Source: Eledone cirrhosa
Taxonomy: Eukaryota
Assembly (NCBI GenBank): GCA_964016885.1
Contig: OZ024740.1
Span: 367,536,001 to 367,600,000 of the forward strand
Reading direction: 5' to 3'
Length of the DNA: 64,000 nucleotides
Every line of letters starts with the position of its first letter. The first letter of the stretch is position 1. The position numbers and the translations under genes were made by a program. Below are positions 41,375 through 59,427 of the stretch, in pieces. Below the pieces are notes generated by a model. That model was not told where the DNA came from and made no database searches. It worked only from the letters and a program-made list of their open reading frames with translations.

Positions 41375-41650
41375 GAGGATTGATTGATCATCGTAAATCG
41401 ATATATTGACTAATGAGTAGTGGTTATGTCACAACCTATTTCTAGTCACGAAATCCCGGATCCATGTCACCGTCTTCCACAGAAAAATGAACTATTATTT
41501 TGTTCGGGATATATCGCAAATATAACCATAGTTTATTGGTTCTGTGGAAGACGGTGATGGATCAGGGATTAAGAGACTAGATTAGAAATCTATGGTGACA
41601 TAACCTCTACCTATTAGTTATTATATCGATTAACCATGATCAATAAACCT
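41375..41650. repeat. Imperfect fold-back (MITE-like)
   Basis: TCACCGTCTTCCACAGAA / TTCTGTGGAAGACGGTGA; GGTTATGTCAC / GTGACATAACC; TTGATCAT / ATGATCAA. Confidence 0.6.
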
Positions 41651-41730
41651 TCTCAGATCATCGTAAAAAAAATGAACTAATTAAGAACCTGTCTTCGACT
41701 TTTGTTTTAATTATATTTTTCTATACACAC

Positions 41731-43905
<2,175 letters not shown>

Positions 43906-44359
43906 ATATATATATATATATATATATGACTCGAAGGAACCCTATGCGATGAGCTCACTACAAAAACTATAGCTTTCACAGGCTAATGTATTTGAATCCA
44001 TCTCTTCAAGTCTGCGTTGAGTTCTAAAATGTTATCCGCCCCACCATAAACATGTGGATATCAGTATATATATACACATATACGTATGTTTGTGCTTTTT
44101 TATGATTATATGATGTTCATCAGTGGATGCCGAGAATTATTTATTTGATGAAGAATTCATTTATATTTAGACAAACAATTTAAAAAATATATATACTTAA
44201 CAGTGCCAAAGTTATATATTTGTAGATGCAGCCGATGATATTTCCGCTGAATGTTTTGATGTGGCCGGATATCTACATTTTTACTAATAAAACATTTATT
44301 TTCTCTTAATTAATGTATCTCTAACTTTCACTAATATATCTAAGTATAAATCAATCAAT

Positions 44360-44423
<64 letters not shown>

Positions 44424-45410
44424 ATGTCTGTCTGACTGACTGTTTGTCTATCTATTTGTCTATCTATTTATCTATTAGTGTGTCTGTATATATTTCAATC
44501 AACAAATTTAAACGATATACACACACACACTCAACACACAGACAACGCAAATACAAAAATATAACACCGATACACACATACACGCCATACAAACATATAC
44601 ACTCATGTAAAAAAGCACATAGCCATGAATAAATATATATGTAAATATCCTTTGGATGCTGATATAACAAAACTGAAATATATATATAGTATTCATATTC
44701 AAGACTTACTTTTACTACTTACATATGTGCGTATTAACAAATTATTTATATCAATACGTATGAATTAGACCGTCACCACCAAAACCTGTTGCTGCTACCG
44801 TATAACATATATTAGTTATCAAATAAATCAGCTAATAAATGCATAGTTTCCATAGGTGACCAACTATAAACTGAAATATGTGTAGTGCTGATCAACAACT
44901 GACGAAACAATAACTTTTCCAGACATAGTTGGAGTTTTCATTTTGCCACCATTAAATGGTTTTTATGAAATTAGATACAGCTTCACAAATAAAAACTTTC
45001 GCTTAAACATTTGACTGCTAAAATGGAAATATTTCTCTGTGAAAACATAAAAGTACAGCCGCTCTTATAAAGTATTTTCGGACAACGATATAAGGCAATT
45101 TTCTCCGTGTGAATATGTAGAAACTTTGAACTATAGACTTTGGACGATACGCAGGATTATTGATTCGACCATAGGATTGCTACTGTATCTATTCTCGGGT
45201 GATAAAATATACTTTCAATACATAGTGCCGCTTTTAAAAGACTAGAAGGAAATGTGATTATGAGTTTAATATGAAATATAATACAGGTTTTGGAAATGCT
45301 ATGTTATTAGGTCAAAGCCATATATCATGAGTAGATCCCATACAAAGGTCAATTTCCTTCAACCTCAGTCTAGACATTAATACACATACATGAACCTTCC
45401 TAACTGCACG

Positions 45411-45489
<79 letters not shown>

Positions 45490-45490
<1 letters not shown>

Positions 45491-45690
45491 AAACAAAGGA
45501 ATTGTGGTAAGGAACCAGATGGACCATAACGCACCAGAGTACTCAATACTTAGGGTAGTAGAGTGGGAAATAGGAAAAAGTATGAACTCCGACGGCAGAG
45601 CTCTAGCCGTTTCGACGGCTATTTCTGGACTAGCTATCCAGAAATAGCCGTCGAAACAGCTAGAGCTCTGCCGTCGGGGTCATACTTTTT

Positions 45691-45695
<5 letters not shown>
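45490..45695. mobile_element. Family F fold-back fragment
   Basis: Inverted repeat centred near 45632; TA flanks; homologous to 62590-62730. Confidence 0.72.
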
Positions 45696-45734
<39 letters not shown>

Positions 45735-45736
<2 letters not shown>

Positions 45737-46620
45737 CATCTTTAATCTCGTTCGCGTCTTTATTGATGATGGGGACTCACATTATGACATCGTCTTCGGC
45801 GTATTTCCGCTAGCTGAACAGGTTGCGCTTCTGAACGAGAGCAGTAACTTTTTGTCTGCTCTCTCCAGACACTGTCGTCTGCAGTCAGCTCTTGCGAAGT
45901 TGAAAGGTTGATGACGAAGGCGTTCAAACATTCTTTAATGCTGCCCGTCCACCACTTTCACAGGGTGGTGCTCTGCTTCTCCTGCCACTTGCCAATTCGA
46001 CAAGTTGTGTTTTTATGGATGTTAATAATATGTAATTTCATGACCAAAGCGGATACAGAGTTAAAGCATGAGTAATTTTGCTCATTCATGTCTCCCAGGC
46101 GATGGGAACCAACGACATCTGGCCAGGCTGTGTCATCTGCACCTTTGTCGCATGGTAGTCCCAAAGCAGAAATGACAGATCAACATTATTAACCACTCGG
46201 AGTCCATAATTGAACTGATCATAGAATAGAGTTTTTTCTTCCGCTGGTTTTGAAGGTGGATTGAGAGACACTGATCACTGAGGCGTGGCATGCATCGTCG
46301 AATTTATGCTCAAAGACATAAATCTTAAGTTGAGCCCCGTCCAGGATATTACTGTGGGTCACAGAGTGGTGTTGAGAGCAATAGTTATACCTTTATGTTT
46401 AGGTTGGTGGTTTGGTCAACCTTCAAGTTTGGGTTGGTGGCTTGGTTATCTTGACGGGAGAATGTGTAATCCACTGCTAGCAAGTTGGTGACCTTTTATC
46501 GTACTTGCAACTCTCAAGTTTCATGACACTGAGTGAGACACATAACACGAAAGTGGGAACATTTGAGACGGCTAGTGGCAAATTCAGTGGGCTCACTGAA
46601 GCTGTGGCAAACTTAGACAT
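45735..46620 (-). mobile_element. Degenerate LINE fragments (RTE-like endonuclease and 3' parts)
   Basis: EEKTLFYDQFN..L...LLWDYHATKV resembles the APE motif K..FY..L....GDFNAKV; 3'-end-like sequence at 45740-45960. Confidence 0.45.
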
Positions 46621-47057
46621 ATAGTTCGATGGGGTATATAATAAAAACCAAATGAATTATCCCTCTTCTGCCCATATGGGGTATAGCGAAGACAATTTCA
46701 AAAGCTGTTGGCCCTTCTATACGGCAGGACAGACTATGTTAGTAGATTTACTATGGTACATCCATGTTTCCCTCAAACAGTTAAGGCGTAGGTAGATGGA
46801 ACATATTTATGGCATTGGGTTTTCGATGAGTGATCTTCATTCGCCGGGTTCACTATTTGCCCTGGGGAACTATAATGTGCAATTTAGTGGGTGCGTTTAA
46901 ATGCATAGAACATTTCTAAATGGTTTCAGGTAATTCTGTTGTCGCGAACATATATAATCAAGAAAGAACCAAGACTCTTTCAACATAATGAAATATAGGT
47001 GTATATTAGATCTACGAATCTAACAAACAAACAAACAATACACACGCACACACACAC

Positions 47058-47122
<65 letters not shown>

Positions 47123-47124
47123 AA

Positions 47125-47267
47125 AATGTTTAGCCCCGACGGCAGAGCTCAAGCCGTTTCGATGGCTATTTCTGAATAGCCGTCGAAACGGCTTGAGCTC
47201 TACTAAACTACGTATCGAGTACTCTGGTGCGTTATGGTCCATCTGGTTCCTTACCACACTTCAATCG

Positions 47268-47270
<3 letters not shown>
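47125..47270. mobile_element. Family F fold-back fragment
   Basis: GAGCTCAAGCCGTTTCGA.GGCTATT / AATAGCCGTCGAAACGGCTTGAGCTC; TA flanks. Confidence 0.7.
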
Positions 47271-47329
<59 letters not shown>

Positions 47330-47600
47330 TATAGATAGATAGATAAATACGCATGCTTTCATACATTGATATATGTCAATGCACGTATAAGACAGGAAAT
47401 ACCTGAACTCTAACTAGCTGTATGTCCGCTCTGTAATACAAGGTGTGGCCAATCAACTGGACACTTGTTATCTCATTAAGCGTTTGAGCTATGGCTGGAG
47501 GTCACTAACATATATTCAGTCACTTTTGTAATCTTTCTCTCTCTCTCACTCCTTCTCTCTATATATGCATACATACATACACATACACGCGCGCCCACAC

Positions 47601-47666
<66 letters not shown>

Positions 47667-48476
47667 ATACATATGCATATATATGTAAATTAATAAAGTG
47701 GGGTAGGGCTCGGGCATTGTCAACATGTAAACTCAGCAAGCCTCTACAATCTTCTGATTCTATTTCACGAAAAATGACAGGGGAAATAAAATCCTTTTGG
47801 ATGGGTGGAAACCGCTCACTTAGTCAGGTCGTGGGGGATTTCCTGGGCCTGTTGAATATATATATATATATACTTGATCGCTGTCCCCTCGTTATAGAGT
47901 ATGGCCATTGCACGATATACCATTATTAGTAATTATTAATTAATTTCATCGTGCAATGTCTGTGCGCAAATATTTTTTTAAAGTGAAGAAAGACTGTGCA
48001 CCTAGCCAATCTCACTTTCTGAGCGACAGGAGCTATAACCTGAAAAGAAGAAAAGATCAACATCATCGGTAACTACTGAGCCGCAGGTTTTATGTCGGAG
48101 TCATCCCAGTTTCCTGAGTTGCCTTCCTCTAGAAGAATGCCCTGACAAGGGCTAGAGGTCCTTCACTCCCAGTGGTTTAACCGCGCGATAGGGTATCCAG
48201 CCTGACTATTTCTATGTCCACGCGCATAAACATACACATACATATGTACATATTTACACACTTTTGGATGGTCGTTGACTCATATGAGTTCCTCCGCCTT
48301 TTGTCAGGTTCTGTTTTTTGTCCCGGATGGTGTCCAAAATCAGCCTCTTCACCAAGTAAACTTGGTTGGGTTGCCAGTTGAGTCGCCGACGAACCGACCA
48401 TGCGACAGGTTGTACATACATATATATATATACACACACTTACATATACATATACATACATATATATATATACACA

Positions 48477-48648
<172 letters not shown>

Positions 48649-48659
48649 ATGTGTTAACA

Positions 48660-49360
48660 GCATTTCTGTACAGAAAACGGTCATGTCTTCAACGAATACT
48701 CTTCTGCTATGAACCGGCACCAACTGCAGGCTGCTGGCCAGTTTGATGACTAAGCAGGCTTTCTTTAGGTCGCCTCTACTGGACCATTCCCATGTGGTAT
48801 GAGTGAGCCGGGTGTCACCAGAATGGACTGCTCAGACGCCCAAGACACAGTCGAAGCATGTTGCTGTTTAGGTTAAAATTTCAGCGATGTTAAGATAAGA
48901 CCCGAACTACCCACATATAGATTTGCTACTATGTACCCCTAACCGGTCGAGTGTACAGATATTGCCACTCCCCCACCTCCCTGAGACTTGTGATGAAATA
49001 TCTGCACATAAACATGGCAATGCTACATGCTTCTGCTATACACATAGGATGCACCATCACGCAGTGACAAGCCAAGGCAAAATGACAGAACAGCTTCGAG
49101 GATCGTATATGTTATTGTCATAGAGTTTAACCTCTCCAAAGGGTGTAGCCTTACTCACAAGACTTGGCCAATTGTAATTTCTTGAAGCTATTTAGCCCAT
49201 AGTTGGGCTAGATGTCTGTTGACTCTGTGGATTTCTACCGCGGATTGACAGCTCCTGATATTGTCTTGCTGGTTTCCACTTATCCTCCTCACCAGCACAG
49301 TGTCTGGTGCGGGAGCCGGTTTAGTCGCCGACCACTCGGCCTTGAAACAGGTTGTACATG
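48660..49360 (-). mobile_element. Internally deleted RTE-like LINE (5' UTR at right, 3' end at left)
   Basis: 5'-terminal motif shared with 48344-48417; decayed coding sequence follows. Confidence 0.45.
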
Positions 49361-49494
49361 ATAACATTAGCAGGCATAGACCTGACCTCACACTCACACA
49401 CACACGCACACATGCACACACAAACATATACACACACGCACACATGTACACACAAACACATACACACACAGGCACATATATATATATATTTAAC

Positions 49495-49620
49495 AAAGGA
49501 ATTGTGGTAAGGAACCAGGTGGATCATAACGCACCAGAGTACTCAATACATAGAGTATAGCCCAGAAATACCCGCCGAAACGGCTTTAGCTCTGCCGTCG
49601 GGGTCATACTTTTTCCTATA
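49495..49620. mobile_element. Family F fragment with an internal inversion
   Basis: Left part matches 45495-45550; right part matches 45637-45695. Confidence 0.7.
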
Positions 49621-50419
49621 TATATATATTTATATACATTAAACTATTAATGTGATTCGATATATACTCAATGATATCCATTTTTAATAGCTTTATAAAC
49701 CCCATAAGGTTGTATAAGCGAATTATAGACTCCAATTTGCTTGCATATTTATTGCATATACTAGTAACACACACAAACATATGTCAGGTGCTGATAATTT
49801 TGTGTATATACGTATATTAGTGTGTGTAAGGGCTTACGTTTTTGTATGTGTGTGTATGTGTATATGTGCAAGCGAGTCAAATATATGCGTATTTTTGGCT
49901 TCAGAATCTACAGTATTATTATCCTGAAAAGAACATTTTAATTTGCGAACGAAAGTAATATCAGCCATATCAATATCAACAGAATATGACACTTCAATGA
50001 AATATATAACACCGACATATTTTCAGGCAACTGTTCGCATTCTTTGACCTTTGCGAGACAGCTCTCTCAGGAATAGAAGAGGAGAATTGTTAAATAAAAA
50101 ATATTGTATTTGTTTTGAATATCTTGCTTGTCAATAATGAACTTAAGAAAACTGCATGGTCATAAGAAACGGGTTGCAACAAGGGGCTGCTTATTATTTA
50201 TAGAAACATACATTTACAAAAAAAAGGACACACACGCACACCCACACACGTGCGCATACACACATACATACTTTACTGAAACTTAACAGCAAAAAATAGC
50301 AAAACACTGTTGCAATTTATGGTTTCTCAACGAATAGGTTGGCGTAGTTAGGGCCCAATCTTGTGTCTATGACCACCCCGTTATCTGTTGTTAAAATTCA
50401 CCAGAGAAGCAAAATGTAA

Positions 50420-50930
50420 TGAGAGTGAGGCTCGGCGCAGCAAGGCGGATCAGACTGGAGGTTGGACGTTCAGAGAAAGAGTGATGTATTGGCTGTCACG
50501 TAAACATTCAGCGTGGGGTATGCATGGGATTTGATGTCGTGCGTGAAAAGAAGGGTGTGGGCTCGAGGAAAAGATGAAGGAGTCGAATAGGCTGAGAGCG
50601 TGGTTGGTGTCAGATATGTGCAAGGGGAGGGCGGCTACTTGTGTGTAGGAGTGAGGATATAACGAATTGTTTTACGTTAGAAGATACATATTGTTGGTAT
50701 TCAGGGGTGGGATCGGTAGGCAGGCGGCGCTAGAAGAAAGGGTTGCTGAGATGTCGAAGTCCCTCCGTATTGTAGAGGTCGGCACGTTACACAACGACGA
50801 TTCACCCTTGTATACTGGTTTGATAACGATATCTTCACGTCTTCGAGATAGCGGAGGGCGGCGAGTTCCTCTCGGGAGATATTTCTCCACTGGAAGAGGT
50901 TATTGAAATGGAACCGGTTCACAGCGCTAT
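50420..50930 (-). pseudogene. Degenerate PLE reverse transcriptase N-terminal fragment
   Basis: NISREELAAL / REDIVIKPVYKG (PLE signature NL...E..AL..L....DIVI..ADKG) and FFTHDIKS. Confidence 0.6.
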
Positions 50931-51020
50931 ATCAAGAGTCAACGAATGTGTCCAGGCTACTGAATTATCCGGTTTCTTTCATCCAATGAGATGGTCACCA
51001 GCCTAGGTCCAAGGAGGGTG

Positions 51021-51062
<42 letters not shown>

Positions 51063-51267
51063 CTGTATATATATATATCTGTGTTTGTGTACATACTTAC
51101 ATTTATTTATCAGCTGTGCTAGGGCGGGAAATAAAATTGTAATTTTATTTTTAATATTCGGCAAGGCCCTCGCAACTTGCTCCGTATGCACATGAGTATA
51201 CTCAGACGATGTGTGTTTAAGAAAATACTATATATATTGATCCGTTCAACAGACTGGCAAAAGATAT

Positions 51268-51310
51268 ACAGTCCTGATGAAGGGTAATAAGTCAGAAACA
51301 TGTTGATTGT
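51268..51310 (+). ncRNA. Minimal type I hammerhead-like motif (family H)
   Basis: ACAGTC-CTGATGA-[weak stem II]-GAAA-CATG-TT-GATTGT; palindromic loop; inside a TA-flanked segment. Confidence 0.55.
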
Positions 51311-51330
51311 TCGTCAATTATATAAATATA

Positions 51331-51408
<78 letters not shown>

Positions 51409-52234
51409 AGAATATATACATTTAAATATATATATATATATGTGGACGTTTGACTGCTATTTCTAGCGAATGAGAACCCTACATGTTATTCGTGTCCTGA
51501 AATTCATGTGTTGATACCATGTGCGTTTAGCCACTTTCAACCCTGTATTGAGTGAGATTAGATGATTTTGAAATTCCCTCACTGATGATCCGTTTCAAAA
51601 TATCTAATTTCGCCGTTATTTGGTGAAATATATTCTGATTTTGTGGAGAATACATATGAGGGAAATATATTTGATCGTTATCAGGTATTTTGTTTTAAAT
51701 TTTTTATTAGATTTAATAAGATACTCAACGAATTATGTAATCTTACTTTCAGTGTAGATTGTCTCTAGTTCTATGGTTTGATATGTCTTAGTGTACACTT
51801 AACTGTGTATGAACATATTTCAATCTTATAACGATTAAGTGTCGATTTTATTCTTTGAATTCTATCTTGCGCGGTTTTTAGAGAAAATACATATGTTTGA
51901 TTTTGTATCATTCATGACACCCTTTATTTTGAAAGTAATAATAATATGTGGATATATACATTTAAATATATATCCAGGAAAAACTTGAACCGTTAAAATC
52001 TTCTTCCTAGATATGTCAACATTTATAAAACAAACTTTGTATTTTATGTAATGAGAGCGTACCAAAGTTTTGGTACCCTTGAAATATATATAATAGAATA
52101 AATGTGGTTTTATAAATATAGTTCCATTTATTTAATATCATTGATAATATACTTCAGAAAACTTGTCGAGTGCCTCGAATCAGTTATACACATATATATC
52201 TGTTGAATTACCAACAAATTAAATATCCCTTTTG

Positions 52235-52295
<61 letters not shown>

Positions 52296-52343
52296 GACGT
52301 AAAATAAGAAAATTATAAAAATTAACTTACTTACTAAAATTTC

Positions 52344-52424
52344 ACTCCAACTAATTAGTTTCTGAAAGGGAATAAACATGGTTTCCGAATGGAACATGGA
52401 TAATACCTTTTGTCATCAGGAAGT
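52344..52424 (-). ncRNA. Type I hammerhead with extended stem II (family I)
   Basis: Reverse complement ACTTC-CTGATGA-CA-AAAGG...CCTTT-CA-GAAA-CTAATTAG-TT-GGAGT; inside a TA-flanked segment of about 145 bp. Confidence 0.65.
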
Positions 52425-52464
52425 CAATTCTCAGCTATATATATATATATATATATATATATGC

Positions 52465-52620
52465 AGATCCCGTTATGTGTGAAAGCACCGATTCTTTGCT
52501 TAAACTTTAATCTGTTATTTTAATAAATATTTGCTCTACAGTTCTTATATATTTGATATATATTTATCCTTATCGAGCCCTCCTTGGATTTTAGTCTTCA
52601 AATTTATTATTATAACTATA
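52465..52620 (+). mobile_element. 3'-terminal fragment of PLE family B
   Basis: Reverse complement of 41830-41980. Confidence 0.7.
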
Positions 52621-52644
52621 CATATAAATATATATATATATATA

Positions 52645-52691
<47 letters not shown>

Positions 52692-52853
52692 TATTTACGT
52701 ATCGAGAGAGAGAAAAAAAGGGGAGGATAGGTGATACATATAGTTATTTGCCAAGTAGCGTATGCAAAAGGTGCTCGATACTGGTGCCGGCAGTATTAAA
52801 TATTCGAAGTGTTAATATTTAGTGGGCTAGAGAGTTAGCAGAGCGTAAGCACG

Positions 52854-55157
<2,304 letters not shown>

Positions 55158-55694
55158 ATATATATGTATGGTTATATACATTTAAACATACATATAAGTA
55201 GATAACAATATTCGTGCGCAGCATAATGCTTCTCTAATACTATTACATTAGTAGTAATTTGTAATAATGCAACTCTTATCTATGCAATGACGTCAGAAGA
55301 GCGTTGTAGTTGAAATATTCTCTGGTATATTTATTTCAAATATTAATTATGTTGAATAATAATCTATGATTCCTAACGCATATTCAATTTTGAATTAATT
55401 AAATGCGAATATAATCAATATAATCTTTGGTGCTAAATAAGCTTCGTGCTTTACTTATTTGTTTATTTATTTATCAAGTACATATTACAGGAAATGTTTC
55501 CTCGACTTTTCGTTTTAATTCTCTACGATGCTTTACTTACTTCACTTAACATCAGTAAATAAATATATTTATGTATCGTGCGAATGTTTTCTTAAATTAT
55601 CCTTAAATTCATTTCCCGTTATAGTAAAAATAAACGTTGTTATATTTCTACATCTTTCCACATGAACCTTTACCCTTATATATATATATATATA

Positions 55695-55805
55695 ATTGTT
55701 TCTACTTTTGTCACAAGGCCAGCAATTATCCCAGTGTATTACTGGTACTTTATTTTATCGACCCCGTAAGGATGAAAGGCAAAGTTAATCTCGGCAGGAT
55801 TTAAT
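55695..55805 (-). mobile_element. Truncated SINE (same family as 5807)
   Basis: Reverse complement of the SINE 3' half. Confidence 0.75.
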
Positions 55806-56777
55806 GCCGTGTATCCATGCGCGTTGTAGCAGGTACATTACCACTCTGCGGCAATTTGAGCAGATGTTTTCTTCAATAGTGACAGGTTGAACATTTTAGG
55901 AGTTGTGTAAACTCCGATGTCTATGTTAAATTCTTATGTCTATGTTAAAATTCACCTCTCTCTATTGGTAAAAAGTTATAAAATTATAAAACCAGAATAA
56001 CATACATACAACGACAATTATCCGGTGTTGTTGTTGTTTTTTAGGAAACACCGTCTCTCTAATGAAGACAGCAACGCATTCGATGCATTAAATCTACCAT
56101 CACCCTAAACCCCATATTTTCTAAGCGAATGGATATGCTCTGCGCAGCATGACACATGTGTCACAACAGTCAAACTCCAAAGGCAATGGATTGGAGGGGA
56201 TAAGGCAATATTTCACTCCTTACTCTCTACCAATTTTTGCATTGGAACCCTACTATAAGTATTACGTAAAAAGTAATGTAATTAATGTCAGCCAAAACAA
56301 AGATAAAACATAAGCAATGGCATCGTAATGTTTAAATAGTGAGATTATAATTTTATAGATTGTTTCATCAAAGGCCACTACAGCGTATATTTACTATAAT
56401 AAAGTTGAATAAAATCGAGCAAAATAGAAAAGAATCGCCTGCATCAACTGAATCATTCACCGATGTATGCATTAACACTCTGTGTCCACAATTCTAAGAG
56501 GAATCCTGCCGCTCCTTTCCGTCAATTCATTCAATTATATTCAACATACTTGTGACTGTGAGTGTGTGCGAGTGAGTGTATATTTGAGCGTGAGCAGATT
56601 GCCAATAATTAATTGTCTGCAGGCTGTATCTGCTGCAGGATATTCACGTCATCAACTCTCACACCTGGAGATCATTGGGAATTTTATTTTAGCACATTCC
56701 AATAATATCAAGCCGCTCCAAGTGATCGATAACATTCCATAGGACTACAGAAATATACACAATATGTACCACAGAAT

Positions 56778-56934
<157 letters not shown>

Positions 56935-57479
56935 TATGTTCATACACGGAATAGAAGCGCTTCATTAAGTTTTCTGTTCCCAATATCGATCATGTCTGCA
57001 GAATGTAAAAACGATAAAAAATTGTGGCCTAATCTTTAGGCATTATATAAGATATTGTTAAAGTAATGCGTGCTAAAGACACTAGTTTATGAAAAACGTA
57101 ATATAACAAAGGGAAATAACTCCAAGATGTAAATTTGAAATAGCGAAATCGTACACGTGTTAGTGTTCGAAGGCAATAGCAGATGCATGTATTTATTTAT
57201 GAGGCCGTATGTATTATATAGATGGTAATATTTATTAAGTTATAGAGTAGGGTAGTATATATGGCGTACTGTATTATGTAAATGTGGAAAAAGAAAGAGA
57301 AAAAACTTCATTACGAAAATATATATGTCAAATTAAGGTGTTTGAAAATCAGTCAAATTTGGTGAGTATTTACCCATAGGAAATGGGTAGCTGTTCAGAT
57401 GATGGTATCCTTTAAAGATTTTGCTCTTTGTGTTCATATAATTAATGTTCGAGGAGGCGAAACCTTATAATATTCTAAA

Positions 57480-57950
57480 TTTCTCATTCAGACCATTTGT
57501 GTAACGACTTAATTTTCGCAACATAGATACAGTAAGATATTCAATCACAATTCCATCAAGATATCCCATTCATGTGGCTATCTATGAGATCAACAATTAT
57601 TGCAAAGAATATAACCAACGTTAATCCAAGCTGCTCTTGTACGATTAAAAGTAACTGCCCTCCCCAACAGAAATATAATATCAAATCCGTTGTGTGTGAA
57701 GCAGAGATTAAACACAACACCACAGAAGGTAATGAAAAATACGTCGCTATTGTCCAAATTGTTTTATACAATGATTTTTCTCGCATCTTTACTCCTTTAG
57801 GAATCCTGATATGAGAACCAATGCAACCCTGGCCAAAAGGTCTGGCAATTAAAGGAGAATTGAGTCTCACATATGATTACTTCGAAGATACTTTAAAGAT
57901 CCAGTCTGTACACGAATGGTGAACCACATATACTATTCTACCTGAATTAA
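57480..57950 (+). pseudogene. Highly degenerate PLE GIY-YIG remnant
   Basis: HRYSKIFNHNSIKISHSC; SCSCTIKSNCP....IKSVVCEAEI...KYV. Confidence 0.55.
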
Positions 57951-58976
57951 TATTACTATCTCTATATTACATACCGTCGCATAATTCCATAGGAATACTA
58001 TTTTCATATTCACACCTTGGAGTCATTTCCCTTTGTTATACTTTTTTCGTAAACTTTCAACGGTATCTTATAAACTCGTATAAGTTTGAACCCGGAGTAC
58101 ATTATCCAATGTTCTACTCTCAGTGTGGTGTGATTTAATGAAAATATTCCTGCTTTTTCTGAATGTCAACACAGAACCCGCATCGTGGGTTTGAAGGCTT
58201 CTACAATCTAACCACTCTATACTAAATAGTAAACATTCATTCGCTCAATCGTATATTGAGGTTTTAAACTTAGCACATATATAGAAACGTGAGTTGGCGT
58301 ATTTAATTGAGCTGATATTATTACGTGGAATTCTAATAATAACTATGCAGAAGACGCAACGTAATCATATGCGTGGTTTAAACTCAGTACACGGGAGAAA
58401 TTCAAACGGTAAAATATTTTGGTATGCCATATTTCAGATATTCTAATTGCATTTGATGTATATATTATTGGCAATCAGACAAAAACGTTACAAAGTTTAC
58501 TTTGATAAACACATTTTCGAACAAAGACTATGTATAGACAGGTAACTTATGAATACACCTGTCGACACCTGGAATATAGCTTAAGATAAATTTGACGATA
58601 ATGATATGATAGGCATCCAATATTTTGAACTGGTTTAGAGAATTCTCTTGGGCTTTGTCACTCTAAGTAGAACTTTAAAGAATTAGCTTTTAAAGAATTT
58701 CCCTTTTCTTTAAATCCATCAACCATGACCGACCCCCAACGATCTTATAGACACCTGAAATATAGGTATTGTTAGCTTAAGAGAAACTTAAAAATAAGAA
58801 CTTGTTTATAGAATTCTTTCTGCCTTTGGCACTCTAAATATAAATTATAGCCTTAAAGAATTAGCTTTTAATGAATTCCTTTTTCTTTCAACCAATGACC
58901 TCCACCAATCCCACTCCCCACCCTCTCCTACCACAACAAAATATATAAATACCACAACATTTATTTTTGGAAAGCC

Positions 58977-59024
58977 AGATTCCTGATGATTTCTAAAGAA
59001 TGAAACAGTTCTAGTCCGGTAGAA

Positions 59025-59027
<3 letters not shown>
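58977..59027 (+). ncRNA. Type I hammerhead ribozyme (family A)
   Basis: AGATTC-CTGATGA-T-TTC taaa GAA-T-GAAA-CAG..CGG-TA-GAATCT; stem I covaries relative to the copy at 39953. Confidence 0.75.
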
Positions 59028-59080
<53 letters not shown>

Positions 59081-59222
59081 ATACTTTGGGAGGGTCATGT
59101 TGCCAATAAGAAACACACGCACCAGTTGCTTTCACTTCAATTTATTATATATTTATAAATTTACAAATTTATAAATTTCTGGTTGGTTGGTTGGTTCCAC
59201 AAACAGATAGTTGTTTATATAT

Positions 59223-59267
59223 AGTCATAGTTCTTTCGTCACACACTCTGTGACCTCTTCAGTGACT
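59223..59267 (-). ncRNA. Minimal type I hammerhead in the inverted pLTR (family K)
   Basis: Reverse complement AGTCA-CTGAAGA-G-GTCACA gagtg TGTGAC-GAAA-GAAC-TA-TGACT. Confidence 0.8.
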
Positions 59268-59427
59268 GGGGATTTCTTTCTTTGTTTCTGTACCTCTCCT
59301 TTGTTTTGTCCTACACCATTTTGTTTCTGTTTGTGTGTTGTGTGCTCAGTCTGCGCATGCGCCACATCCGGGTGTCTGTGTGTGTTTATGTTCATTTATC
59401 TATTTGTTTATTTACATGTTACTGGTT

